From: Candidatus Uhrbacteria bacterium GW2011_GWF2_39_13
GTDB lineage: Bacteria; Patescibacteriota; Patescibacteriia; UBA9934; GWF2-40-263
DNA: 64,000 nucleotides
Direction of reading: 5' to 3'
NCBI GenBank assembly: GCA_000993535.1
Contig: LBWG01000001.1
Coordinates: 22,442-86,441, forward strand
The position numbers were made by a program, and so were the translations under genes. The notes under the pieces were generated by a model. That model made no database searches, was not told the DNA's origin, and was given only the letters and a program-made list of their open reading frames with translations. Of the stretch, positions 46,672 to 56,346 are shown piece by piece. Within the stretch, counting starts at the first letter, position 1; every line of letters starts with the position of its first letter.

Positions 46672-48165
46672 TTAAAAATTGTCATCTAAATATTCAACAG
46701 AACCAAACTCTTCCTCTACATCATAGTCCTCTATAGATTCGATAGGTTCTCCAAAAACATAATTTCCATAAAAAGCATCTGGAATGTCGTCAATCTGTTG
46801 ATTCCAATTTTCCCCATATAAATCTGCAGCAATCTCTTCACTGGCAATGGGTCTTAAGAGACCGCCTATTGAAACGGTATAGACCGTTGAAAAACTCTGA
46901 AATTTGACCATTCTGGTCCCTGGATGATACGTCACATTAGAACCAAGAGGAATGTTAGACATGAATTCTTTCTCTACCTCTAACACTTCATCAAAATTTT
47001 CAAACCAAGTAAAAAAGACCCGCTCGTTGGGGAACGCATGACGCTCATTATTGGTGTAATAATAGACAGCATGGCATGGGTCATCTACAGAAGCGGCTTC
47101 TTCGCAAGAAAGTTTAATGAGACTACCTATTTCGGTTTCAAAAAATTCTTCTCCAAATAATTCTTCGAGAAAGTCTACAAAGGCTTCTTCATCTAATGTT
47201 TCTTCTTCTGCTGAATAAAGATAAACAGAAGAAAACACATCGTCATGAGAACCTGCTACCCAAAATTGAGAATCGTTTTCATAATAAGCCGTATAAAAAG
47301 TAACGTCCTCCTCCACAAATTCTTCTAAGATCCATGTAACCCCGCCATCTTCAGACAAAAGGACAACACTATCGCCAGCAACCACTATATGATCACCTGA
47401 AACTTGAATGTCATAAAGATCTTGATCTACAAGACCCTCTACAGAAACGTCTGACCAGCTAGAGCCTGCATCCGTTGTTTTTTTAAACGTGCCGTTTTCT
47501 CCAATCACCCAACCAATGGATGAAGATTCAAAATAAACCCCCTGAAGATTTTCTGTCCCGACACGTCCCAAATTAACCCAAGAAAGTCCTCCATTTACAG
47601 CCTTAAGCACGCGTCCTCCCCCGCCCACAATCCAAGCGGAACCGTCTCCATTATCTTGCGCGGCATAGAGAGGTTCTGTCACTTCAACCGAAGCCGTGAA
47701 CCACTTTCCGTTAGCAAGATAAAGAATCATTCCGCTAGAACCTACGATATATCCGTAAGAAGAAGACCGATCAATATCATACAAATGAGCAGAAACTCCC
47801 AAAGAAAGCGAGGACCAGTGCTGTCCCTGATCCGAAGATTCAGCATAGGTTCCAGATTCGCCCACAGCGACTAAATCACCGTCAGTTTCTGTCATAACAT
47901 CATGCCACCATGTGCCTGAAACGTTGGAATTCAGAACCCATGATTCCCCCTGGTCTTGTGAAGTCATGATCGATCCGCTGTTTCCAACAGCCACAAGAAC
48001 ATCTCCTGCCTTGGTTATTCCACGAATACTTTGTATGGTTCCAAAATCCTGTTCAATCCAATAAGAGGAATTGGCAGCCAAAACGGTTGGCGTCAAGAGA
48101 GAAGAAAAAAGAAAAAGAACAAGAACGGACCAAAAAAGATTGATCCTAAAAAAAGTATTGATCAT
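46672..48165 (-). CDS. Secreted YCF48/BNR-repeat beta-propeller protein with C-terminal VYY..FPNE domain
   Basis: Repeated AVG..G...S.D.G..W (Asp-box) units; tail AVYYYTNNERHAFPNERVFFTWF; start placed at ATG 48165. Confidence 0.8.
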   Translation of the reverse strand: MINTFFRINLFWSVLVLFLFSSLLTPTVLAANSSYWIEQDFGTIQSIRGITKAGDVLVAVGNSGSIMTSQDQGESWVLNSNVSGTWWHDVMTETDGDLVAVGESGTYAESSDQGQHWSSLSLGVSAHLYDIDRSSSYGYIVGSSGMILYLANGKWFTASVEVTEPLYAAQDNGDGSAWIVGGGGRVLKAVNGGLSWVNLGRVGTENLQGVYFESSSIGWVIGENGTFKKTTDAGSSWSDVSVEGLVDQDLYDIQVSGDHIVVAGDSVVLLSEDGGVTWILEEFVEEDVTFYTAYYENDSQFWVAGSHDDVFSSVYLYSAEEETLDEEAFVDFLEELFGEEFFETEIGSLIKLSCEEAASVDDPCHAVYYYTNNERHAFPNERVFFTWFENFDEVLEVEKEFMSNIPLGSNVTYHPGTRMVKFQSFSTVYTVSIGGLLRPIASEEIAADLYGENWNQQIDDIPDAFYGNYVFGEPIESIEDYDVEEEFGSVEYLDDNF

Positions 48166-48233
48166 ATCCCTTTTATTGTAACACAAAACTTTGATTTAAA
48201 ACTCAAAAGATCTCTCGTGGAACGAGATCTTTA

Positions 48234-48274
48234 AAAACCAAAACCCGCATCCTTAGATGCGGGTTCATGGTTTT
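48234..48274 (-). terminator. Terminator of the S-layer-like gene
   Basis: AACCCGCATC-CTTA-GATGCGGGTT stem within an outer AAAACCA/TGGTTTT pair. Confidence 0.7.
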
Positions 48275-48310
48275 GAATCTTCTCGTGGAACGAGAAAGAG
48301 TCAATTGGTA

Positions 48311-51300
48311 TTACTTAGCCCAAGTCTCGCCAGAGAGGTCGAGGTTCTTGATTAAGTATCCAACAGTCCAGTCACCTGAACCGGTTTCTACAGAAGCGTC
48401 ATGTGATTCACCTGAAGAATCAGACCAGATGAAGTTGTAAGCTGAATTGCTACTTGAATCAGCTGTACAAGCGCTACTGACTTGTGCATCAAGCTCCCAG
48501 ATATCTCCTGCGCCTGAATCTTCAAGACAGAGATCTGTTCCATTGTGAGCTGTATCACCGGCAAGGTAAATGGAGAAATAATCTTCATCACCTGTGTCAG
48601 AGTCAGAGTCAAATCCGGTTGGGGTAGCACGCAACGTGTAGGTTACGGTTTCACCAGCAGAAATAACATCTTCATTTGTATCCCAGATAACTACAAGGGC
48701 TGTACTTGCTTCGACAACACCTGAGGTATCCTCAACGTCGTTACCGGACTCGTCTTGAATAGCAACAGCTGTGCTGCTGGTTGAGATATCAACACCGTTC
48801 TTGTAAAGCTTCCAGCTTTCCATTTCGAGCGTATCGACATCAACACCATCGGTCCAAGTAATTGGGAGTTTGATCTGTTTAAGAGCCACTGGACCATTGC
48901 TGTCAGCAGTCACAGTGAACTTGTAGACGTCAGCGGATTGTCCGTTTACGAGTGTGCTATTTGTAAGATCAATAAGGGATACGGTTGGAATTGAATTGTA
49001 AGCACGGATTTCATTTCCATCGCGATCAGTTGCTTCCGTTGACACAGCTCCGTTTGAATCGGAGTAGCGAACTGAATCAAGGGCGAGAGCGAGGTTCTGT
49101 TGTGAGCTAGCACCACCTGCACCAATATCGTTCAAGACAAGCTTGGCGGTAATGGTCTTGGTAGAACCAGCTGGAACAGAGATATGAAGACCTGTGATAA
49201 GAGCTGCTCCGTTGGCAACAGAATCACCAGAGGTTTGTGCAAACACGGCTGATCCTAGCAAGCTAGAACCATCGTACAATTCAGCTTTTGTGACCACTCC
49301 AGAAGCTGCGGCTGAACCAACAGACACCTGAACTTGATCAATCGTGTAGCTTTCACGAACAGCAGTGAACTTATACTTAGCAGCTTCAACGGTTTGTCCA
49401 CCAGCAACAGCTTTAGCGACTGGAGTAGATCCATCAATTGCTGTTGAGAATGTGCCGGAAGTGTACCAAGTAATAGACTGACCTGTGACGTCGGAACCAT
49501 CAATACCTGTTCCTGAGCTAGAAGCGGTTGCATCTACATCAAGATCAGCAGAGATAACGTCATCACCATCGGTGTCATCTGTTACAGAAGTGGCAACGTT
49601 GGCGTAAGCATTGACGTAAATCGTCTCGCCTTTTGCAAGAGTGTAATTGAGTGACCAGGTGTTAGAGGTAAGAGAAACGGAAGTCTTTACAGACGTCTCG
49701 TGATCATCACCTGCTGGACCATAGGTCAAGTACAAACTTGAGTAGTCAGCGGCAGCACTTGCATCAGAAACAGCAGCAGAAAAGTCAACGTCAAATTGTG
49801 TGAGGTTAACATCTTCTGTGGTGTTGGCGGTTATGGTCCATGAACCGACTTTGTACTCCGTTTTTGGAGCTACAGCGGACTGGTTGGCATAACTGGTGTT
49901 CTTTGCTGGGGTCAATGCACCTGTGCGAACGGTGAGGGTATTTCCTTCAACATCAGCAGCAGGGCGGGAAATGTAAGAACCAGAGGTCATACGAAGCACG
50001 TTGCTTGAAGCAGAACCTGCATCGATCTGAACCTGAATGGTGTCGTTAGCAGCAACGTCATTGGTTCCATCACTGTCATACACATCAGCACGAACTTCCA
50101 AGGTCACTGGAGAACCAGGATAGACAATGAAAGAAGAACCAAAGGTATAAGTGCTATAAGCCTGAGTTGCATCGGCATCACCAGCAATAGCTGCTGTTGA
50201 ACCAACTTGGTCACCATCAACGTACAAAGCACCATTTCGCAAAGTATAAGCGGTGTCAGTGTCATCCTCATCAATCTGGACTCCAAGAGATTCAATCTTC
50301 ATAGCCTCACCTGTAGCCTTCACTTCGAAGGATCCCAAAGATGCGCTAGAGGCAAGGTTGATAAGATCTCCGGAAGCAGATGTAGAGAGTTTTGTGAAGG
50401 TGATATCACCTGAAGCAAGGGTCTGAGCATAAGCATCACGAGCAGAGAAGGTTGTGCTGTTTGCTTGGACTAAGATTGGTTGATCGTAATCGTCTTCAAT
50501 AAAGACAGCGTCAGCTGTGTTTCGAAGACCAACAGTGACGGTTCGAGTTGAACCACCCCAAATATCAACCAACACTTTAATGGTGTGAGCACCGGTGTTC
50601 ATTTTTACTGGGTTTGTTGAAAGATCGAAGGTAACATAGCCATCTTCATCTTGTTCAACAACCACAGGACCGTAGTTGATACCAGCTACGTAAAGCATCC
50701 AGTTTCCAAGGTCTTCAGCATTGATGGAACCAATGTTGCGGAATCGCAAAACACTGAGCCATGCTTCGTTATTACCAACGGTCACACTATTCTCCCAAAC
50801 ACGGAAGTCATCTTCAGGGGAAGGTGTTCCATCAGAAGATGGTTGTGTGGTCGTAGCAAAACTGACAGTACCAAAGTTAGAAACAGAAGCGATTGTGTGG
50901 GTTGCAGAAGAAATCGCTGAACCTGTTGAGGCATAGGAACCACTGTAAGTAACATCATCTGGATCAAGAGAAACTCCAACGGTTTGACCAGAAGTGCTTG
51001 TAGCAATATCTGAACGAACAGCAACGGTTGCTGTTTCACCAGCTGGAATTGTGAAAAGTCCACTTGAATTGTTCCAAGAAATGGAACCACTAGAAACAGT
51101 GGCGGCATCACTCATACGAACCCAACCATCAAAGAGGTAAAGGTTTGAGAGTGTGGTATCAGAAGAAACACCTTGACGACTTAACTTCACTTTTGTGACA
51201 ACGATATCTTTTGAAGATGCGTTGGTGAAGTCGTAAGAAGCCAGGTGAGCAATACCTTGTCCAGACACGAGGGTGCTAGCAGATGGAGAATCATCAGAGA

Positions 51301-52048
51301 GAGAGATCTCAACCATTTGAGTTTCTGAATACTCTTCTGTATCAACCATTTGAGCAGCATCGGTCAAATAAGCGAGTTCGCTATCGATATCCTCACCTAA
51401 ATCCATGCTGTCTAGATCAACACCTGTTCCGTCCAGAACAAAACCGTCCTGGAACATGTTTGCTGACATACCTGCGTCTGAAACTCGGTGGAATTCACCT
51501 TCCCAAATAAGGTAAGTGTGTGTTCCATCACTCCAGAGCATACCCTCATAACCTTCTGAAGCGTCAATGAGAGAATCTCCAACAGTGTAATCAACAAAGA
51601 AAACGTCTGGAACATCATCGATGTTTTTGTTCCAATCGCTTCCAGCAAGACCTTGAGCAACTTCTTCAGACTCAATCCAGTGGATTGAACCGTCAACAGC
51701 TACAGCATAAGTCTTTTCATCGCTAGTAATTTTGATCCATCGTGAACCTGGGCGGTAGACGATATTACCAGCAAGAGTGATGTCAGCGAGATCTTCATCA
51801 GAAATCGTTACAACATCATCAAAATCTTCGAACCAAGAAAAATAGGTCTTTTCATTTGGGAATGAATAGCGTTGACCATCAGAACCGTAATAATAAACGG
51901 TTGAAAGGGTTTCACCCTTGATCAGGTCACCGAACTCAGCGGCAGAAGCCTGTGAAGGCACAAGTGCGGAAAAACCAGCTGTTGCCAAAATGGTAGCAGT
52001 GGCGACCACAAACGTGAACGCTTTTTTCAATCGGAGAGAATTAGACAT
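48311..52048 (-). CDS. Large secreted S-layer-like surface protein
   Basis: 1245 aa, signal peptide, S/T/D/V/A-rich beta-strand composition; N-terminal TVYYYGSDGQRYSFPNEKTYFSWF domain. Confidence 0.75.
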   Translation of the reverse strand: MSNSLRLKKAFTFVVATATILATAGFSALVPSQASAAEFGDLIKGETLSTVYYYGSDGQRYSFPNEKTYFSWFEDFDDVVTISDEDLADITLAGNIVYRPGSRWIKITSDEKTYAVAVDGSIHWIESEEVAQGLAGSDWNKNIDDVPDVFFVDYTVGDSLIDASEGYEGMLWSDGTHTYLIWEGEFHRVSDAGMSANMFQDGFVLDGTGVDLDSMDLGEDIDSELAYLTDAAQMVDTEEYSETQMVEISLSDDSPSASTLVSGQGIAHLASYDFTNASSKDIVVTKVKLSRQGVSSDTTLSNLYLFDGWVRMSDAATVSSGSISWNNSSGLFTIPAGETATVAVRSDIATSTSGQTVGVSLDPDDVTYSGSYASTGSAISSATHTIASVSNFGTVSFATTTQPSSDGTPSPEDDFRVWENSVTVGNNEAWLSVLRFRNIGSINAEDLGNWMLYVAGINYGPVVVEQDEDGYVTFDLSTNPVKMNTGAHTIKVLVDIWGGSTRTVTVGLRNTADAVFIEDDYDQPILVQANSTTFSARDAYAQTLASGDITFTKLSTSASGDLINLASSASLGSFEVKATGEAMKIESLGVQIDEDDTDTAYTLRNGALYVDGDQVGSTAAIAGDADATQAYSTYTFGSSFIVYPGSPVTLEVRADVYDSDGTNDVAANDTIQVQIDAGSASSNVLRMTSGSYISRPAADVEGNTLTVRTGALTPAKNTSYANQSAVAPKTEYKVGSWTITANTTEDVNLTQFDVDFSAAVSDASAAADYSSLYLTYGPAGDDHETSVKTSVSLTSNTWSLNYTLAKGETIYVNAYANVATSVTDDTDGDDVISADLDVDATASSSGTGIDGSDVTGQSITWYTSGTFSTAIDGSTPVAKAVAGGQTVEAAKYKFTAVRESYTIDQVQVSVGSAAASGVVTKAELYDGSSLLGSAVFAQTSGDSVANGAALITGLHISVPAGSTKTITAKLVLNDIGAGGASSQQNLALALDSVRYSDSNGAVSTEATDRDGNEIRAYNSIPTVSLIDLTNSTLVNGQSADVYKFTVTADSNGPVALKQIKLPITWTDGVDVDTLEMESWKLYKNGVDISTSSTAVAIQDESGNDVEDTSGVVEASTALVVIWDTNEDVISAGETVTYTLRATPTGFDSDSDTGDEDYFSIYLAGDTAHNGTDLCLEDSGAGDIWELDAQVSSACTADSSSNSAYNFIWSDSSGESHDASVETGSGDWTVGYLIKNLDLSGETWAK

Positions 52049-52289
52049 AATAATTTTAGAATGTGTATTTTACCCGGGCTTTTTTAATAAATGTTATACC
52101 CAGGTGAACCTTTTTAGCCCTGGTTAGGGGCTTAATTTAATTACGAGTAACGACCTTTTGGGTCTCGACCTTTCTCATCACTCGCTAATTAATGAATTCA
52201 TTCACTCCTCCATATAAATAATGAAGAAGTGAGTCAGAGCCCTTTCCATTTCAAAGAAAGGACCTAGACTCATGAAATAATGACCGTTT
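52049..52289 (-). promoter_or_regulatory. Long structured leader upstream of the S-layer-like gene
   Basis: Consecutive hairpins on the minus strand and a tandem AAAGGTCG motif (plus-strand CGACCTTT at 52151 and 52166). Confidence 0.5.
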
Positions 52290-53258
52290 TTAATTTTGTG
52301 TTGGCTGAATCTCTCCTGTTTGTTCTATAGTAACTTCTGTCTGAGCCTGTGTTGTTTCTTCTGTTACCTCTGTCTCCTCTTTCAAAAGGATTTCCTGATT
52401 ATAAGAAAAATCTTTTAAAACCTGAAAAGCTCGTCTATAAGATCCTTCGACACGCAATGCTTGTACCGTTTCAACAGCTACTTCTGAGTCTGTACCATAC
52501 AATGATTGTATTGAAGCGATCTCTACCTGAAGCGCTACATCAAGTTCGTAAGCGCTTTCTTCATCTTGTTCTTGCTCGTGTGCGGTAATAATAACCTCAA
52601 CAACTTGATCCTTTGTTTCTTCCAATAGATCTTCAACTTCTCCTAACACTTCATCAGGCAATTCAGAGGTGGTAGATGCAACCGTCGAAGAATACACATT
52701 CACTTTACGCCCCACTGTCTTTGCTAATTCTGTTTGGGAATCGGATGCTTCTTTTACTTGAAGCTCTTCTTGAATATTGGTGACTTCGTCCTTAAAACGA
52801 TTAACCGCCAACTGAACCTCTGCTGGTTGACGATGTTCAACCAAAGAAGCAATTTGAACCATTTCTTCTAAACGACGACTGGCAAATTCAACTTTAAGAT
52901 TTGCACGTTGTTGGGAGGTAAATGCTAAAGCGAGTTGCGCTTTTTCCATACCAATTTTAATAGGATAGAACGTATCGCCCGGCAATGCATGAGCAGAGAC
53001 ATTCCCCACAGAAAGCCAGCCTGAAATGGCAAAGAAAAAAACAGCGACCGTTGCAGCAACAGGTTTTAACAAAACATGACTGATCTTCCATAGTGCATAG
53101 GTAAGATAATCTCCCATGTGATAACGACCAGGAACGGTGTTTTGATCAAACCCGTTGGTACGAGCAAATCGCTGCCAAGAAGAACGTGCATCAAAACCGC
53201 CCCCTAATGAGGGGTCATCTTTCAAAGAACAAAGGAGTTTGATGAGTTCTTTATCCAT
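52290..53258 (-). CDS. DUF5667-containing putative anti-sigma factor
   Basis: Single TM then HALPGDTFYPIKIGMEK...ASRRLEE; overlaps the stop of the ECF sigma gene. Confidence 0.75.
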   Translation of the reverse strand: MDKELIKLLCSLKDDPSLGGGFDARSSWQRFARTNGFDQNTVPGRYHMGDYLTYALWKISHVLLKPVAATVAVFFFAISGWLSVGNVSAHALPGDTFYPIKIGMEKAQLALAFTSQQRANLKVEFASRRLEEMVQIASLVEHRQPAEVQLAVNRFKDEVTNIQEELQVKEASDSQTELAKTVGRKVNVYSSTVASTTSELPDEVLGEVEDLLEETKDQVVEVIITAHEQEQDEESAYELDVALQVEIASIQSLYGTDSEVAVETVQALRVEGSYRRAFQVLKDFSYNQEILLKEETEVTEETTQAQTEVTIEQTGEIQPTQN

Positions 53259-53835
53259 AAAATTTATTATGTTTTTTCAATATCTCACGAAGTTTCTTAA
53301 TAGCTCGGTGTAACAAAACGGAAGTGGCATTCTGCGTTTTTCCTAAATGACGTGCAATTTCCTTTACAGAATGTCCTTCTAAATAACGCATAATAACCGC
53401 ATCACGATCATCATCAGAAAGTTCCTGTAACCCCTGTTTCATAATAGAGGTATCGACAAACTCTTCTAACTGTTCTGATTCGTTTTCTTTAGCTAGATCT
53501 ATTTGCCCTTCTTGTGTCCCGATAGAGAGATTCCCCATCTCCTTTTCACGTGATCGGTAGAACTCGGCAATAACTCCACGAGCGATTGTGTGAAGCAATC
53601 CGGAGACATGTTGAACGGACTGAGTAATGGCATACTCCCATAATCTGATACAGACGAGGGAATAAGCGTCCTCAACATCGTGCTGTGTGGGAAGCTTGAA
53701 ATAAAGGAAACGTTGAATAATAGAACCGTATGTTTCAAGCAAAGACGCAAAAGCGCTTTCGTCCTTAAAAACACGAATCCGAAAAAGGAGGAATTGTTCA
53801 TTTGGACGCTTCACATGAGTAGTCGATGAAAACAA
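53251..53835 (-). CDS. ECF RNA polymerase sigma factor
   Basis: Region 2 (AFASLLETY..IQRFLYF..DVED) and region 4 (AVIMRYLEGHSVKEIARHLGKTQNATSVLLHRAIKKLR); start uncertain. Confidence 0.88.
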   Translation of the reverse strand: MFSSTTHVKRPNEQFLLFRIRVFKDESAFASLLETYGSIIQRFLYFKLPTQHDVEDAYSLVCIRLWEYAITQSVQHVSGLLHTIARGVIAEFYRSREKEMGNLSIGTQEGQIDLAKENESEQLEEFVDTSIMKQGLQELSDDDRDAVIMRYLEGHSVKEIARHLGKTQNATSVLLHRAIKKLREILKKHNKFYG

Positions 53836-53895
53836 TCAAAATCTTACACAATGAAAGAAAAATACCTTAAGACAGCAAAAAAAACAAGGACGTCA

Positions 53896-53924
53896 TTGAC
53901 AAATTCTTAATTTTTGGCTACACT
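53896..53924 (+). promoter_or_regulatory. Sigma70-type promoter for the HTH gene
   Basis: TTGACA-17bp-TACACT. Confidence 0.65.
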
Positions 53925-53966
53925 TGTGTTGACAAAATACTTCATCCACATTCTCCCATTTACTCT

Positions 53967-54263
53967 ATGAAACCAGTCATTCGTCTCTCTGTTTCAGAAG
54001 CAGCTAAAATGTTTGGAATTAGCCAACGCACGGTCAGACGAGCTATTCAAAATAGCGAAGTGACCTATGTTGTGGTTCAAGGACGTTATAAACTCAATTT
54101 TGAGTCGCTTTTACGTTGGTCTCAACGAACAACCACGGTAAAAAACAAACGAGACAAAAAAGGAATTGGTCAGTATGTTGATAAATGGAAAATCAGCAGC
54201 AAACTTTATTCCCCAAACCCAAAAACATTAGACGAAGAAACAGATGCCACAACATCGGTATGA
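53967..54263 (+). CDS. Excisionase-like helix-turn-helix DNA-binding protein
   Basis: LSVSEAAKMFGISQRTVRRAI...GRYKL. Confidence 0.8.
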   Translation: MKPVIRLSVSEAAKMFGISQRTVRRAIQNSEVTYVVVQGRYKLNFESLLRWSQRTTTVKNKRDKKGIGQYVDKWKISSKLYSPNPKTLDEETDATTSV

Positions 54264-56278
54264 AATATACACTTTGGTTATTGACACTCTTGTTGCTTAT
54301 TGCGACATCAACAACCTCTACGCAAGCATCAATAAAAAATTCAACCTTTGTCAAAACGGCCAACTATTTTTTGTTGTCTGGTTCTGCTCTAGAAAATCAA
54401 TCAACGATAAAAACGCTGGCAACGTTTGATCTGATTGTTATTCCGGTTGAAGCTCAAGTATACAATAAATCTTTCTTCCAAGAGATTCGATCTATCAACA
54501 AGGACATTATTATCCTCCCCTACATCGCCACCGTTAGCTGGAATGATCTTTATTGGAATGATTCCCTTCATCAAAAACTGTATCAACAGATCAAACCAGA
54601 ATGGTGGCTCACAGATGCAAATGGAAAACAAGTTTCTGTTTGGCCAGGAACACGTGCTCTCAATCTTAATTCTGGTTGGAATACGTTTCTTCCTGAATTT
54701 GTAAAAAAGGAAGTTCTCTCCACAGGACTATGGGATGGGATCTTCTATGATGAAGTTCAGGATTCAATCAGTTGGGTAGGTGCTACAGACGTTGATAAAG
54801 ATAAAAAAACTGATTCTGCTGCAACAGCCGATACCCTGTGGAAAACACGCTATGAAGAGTTGTTTGCCCAAACAAGATCGCTTGTAGGAAACGACAAAAT
54901 TATCATTTCAAATGGAAGTTCAAATCCTGACTTTGCTGACTTTTTAAATGGTCGAATGTTCGAAACATTCCCATCATCAGATGACTCTCTGACACAGTGG
55001 AAAGCAATGACCACTGAATATGTGAATCTTGAAAAACAAGTCACAAATCCTTCTATTCAACTCATTAATGTAAACACAAAAAATACAGGAATCATTGACT
55101 ATCAAAACATTCGTTTTGGACTGACAACTACCCTCTTAGGAAATGGTTACTTTACATTTGATTATGGAACAGAAAATCATGCACAACTTTGGACCTACGA
55201 CGAATATAACACCTATCTTGGAGCTCCTAAGGGTTCTTTGCAAAATGTCTATAATCCACAACAAACAACGATCAGCACAGGTGTCTGGATGCGGGAATTT
55301 GAACAAGGACAAGTCCTTGTAAACGCAACCGATCAACAACAAATCATTTATTTAGAAGGAGAATTCGAAAAAATACATGGAACTCAAGATCCAAACGTGA
55401 ATAACGGGCGTATTGTCTCTGAAGTCATGTTATCCTCAAAAGATGGGCTAATTCTTCTGCGACCTATTGCGGAAATATTGGATGTTCCCTATTTGAACGG
55501 AGCCTTCGCCAAAATTTATACTTCAAATGGAACGACTAAACGAACGGGGTTTTTTGCCTATAACAATTCACAACGCGGTGGAAATCAGATCATTCAATTC
55601 GATACAAACGCAGACGGCAAACGAGAAACCATTGTTGCTGATCATACTTACGTCTCTATCTATAAACCTGATGGATCTCTTCACACAAAATTTGCCCCTT
55701 ATACGGAGCAATATAATAAAGGAATCAATATTTCTGCAGGAGATTTAGAAAATGACGGAAGTGTCGAAATCGTAACCGGAACAAAAAATGGCGGAGGTCC
55801 TCAAGTTCGTGTATTCAATAAAGACGGTGTTCTTATTAACCCTGGATTTTTTGCGTACGAAACAGCCTTTCGCGGTGGAGTTAACGTCACAATTGGAGAT
55901 TTGAATGGAGACGCGATCAAAGAGATTATTTGCGGAGCTGGTGTAGGTGGCGGACCTCATGTCCGTGTCTTTAAAAAAGATGGCACGCTGATTAATCCTG
56001 GGTTTTTTGCCTATGATCCTTCCTTTCGAGGAGGTGTAAACGTATCTTCGGGAGATGTAGATGGAGATGGGATTGATGAGATTGTCACAGGTCCAGGCAT
56101 GGGCGGAGCACCTCTGGCACGAGTTTTTGATCGTAATGGAAAGCGCAAATCAGAATTCTACCTTTTTGATTCTACCCAACGTGACGGACTTGAAGTTGTT
56201 GTTTCTGATGTGGACACAGATGGGATAGCTGAAATTATTGGACTCACCGCTGATGTTTTTACCTTAAGTTTATTTTAA
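54260..56278 (+). CDS. Secreted putative glycoside hydrolase (GHL15-like TIM barrel) with FG-GAP-like repeats
   Basis: Signal peptide from ATG 54260; WDGIFYD, NGRMFE, RFGLTTTLL, W.YDEY..LG.P; tail with GGGPQVRVF / FFAY..FRGGV repeats. Confidence 0.72.
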   Translation: MKYTLWLLTLLLLIATSTTSTQASIKNSTFVKTANYFLLSGSALENQSTIKTLATFDLIVIPVEAQVYNKSFFQEIRSINKDIIILPYIATVSWNDLYWNDSLHQKLYQQIKPEWWLTDANGKQVSVWPGTRALNLNSGWNTFLPEFVKKEVLSTGLWDGIFYDEVQDSISWVGATDVDKDKKTDSAATADTLWKTRYEELFAQTRSLVGNDKIIISNGSSNPDFADFLNGRMFETFPSSDDSLTQWKAMTTEYVNLEKQVTNPSIQLINVNTKNTGIIDYQNIRFGLTTTLLGNGYFTFDYGTENHAQLWTYDEYNTYLGAPKGSLQNVYNPQQTTISTGVWMREFEQGQVLVNATDQQQIIYLEGEFEKIHGTQDPNVNNGRIVSEVMLSSKDGLILLRPIAEILDVPYLNGAFAKIYTSNGTTKRTGFFAYNNSQRGGNQIIQFDTNADGKRETIVADHTYVSIYKPDGSLHTKFAPYTEQYNKGINISAGDLENDGSVEIVTGTKNGGGPQVRVFNKDGVLINPGFFAYETAFRGGVNVTIGDLNGDAIKEIICGAGVGGGPHVRVFKKDGTLINPGFFAYDPSFRGGVNVSSGDVDGDGIDEIVTGPGMGGAPLARVFDRNGKRKSEFYLFDSTQRDGLEVVVSDVDTDGIAEIIGLTADVFTLSLF

Positions 56279-56346
56279 ACGTAAAACTTTTTTGAAAATA
56301 TAACTCGATCTCATCTTATTTTAAAAAAAGTCTATAATAGAAAGGT

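Noticed and set aside
53967-54263. Prophage or integrative element suggested by the excisionase-like HTH
   Set aside because: No integrase, att-like repeats or phage genes nearby; the neighbours are envelope genes.
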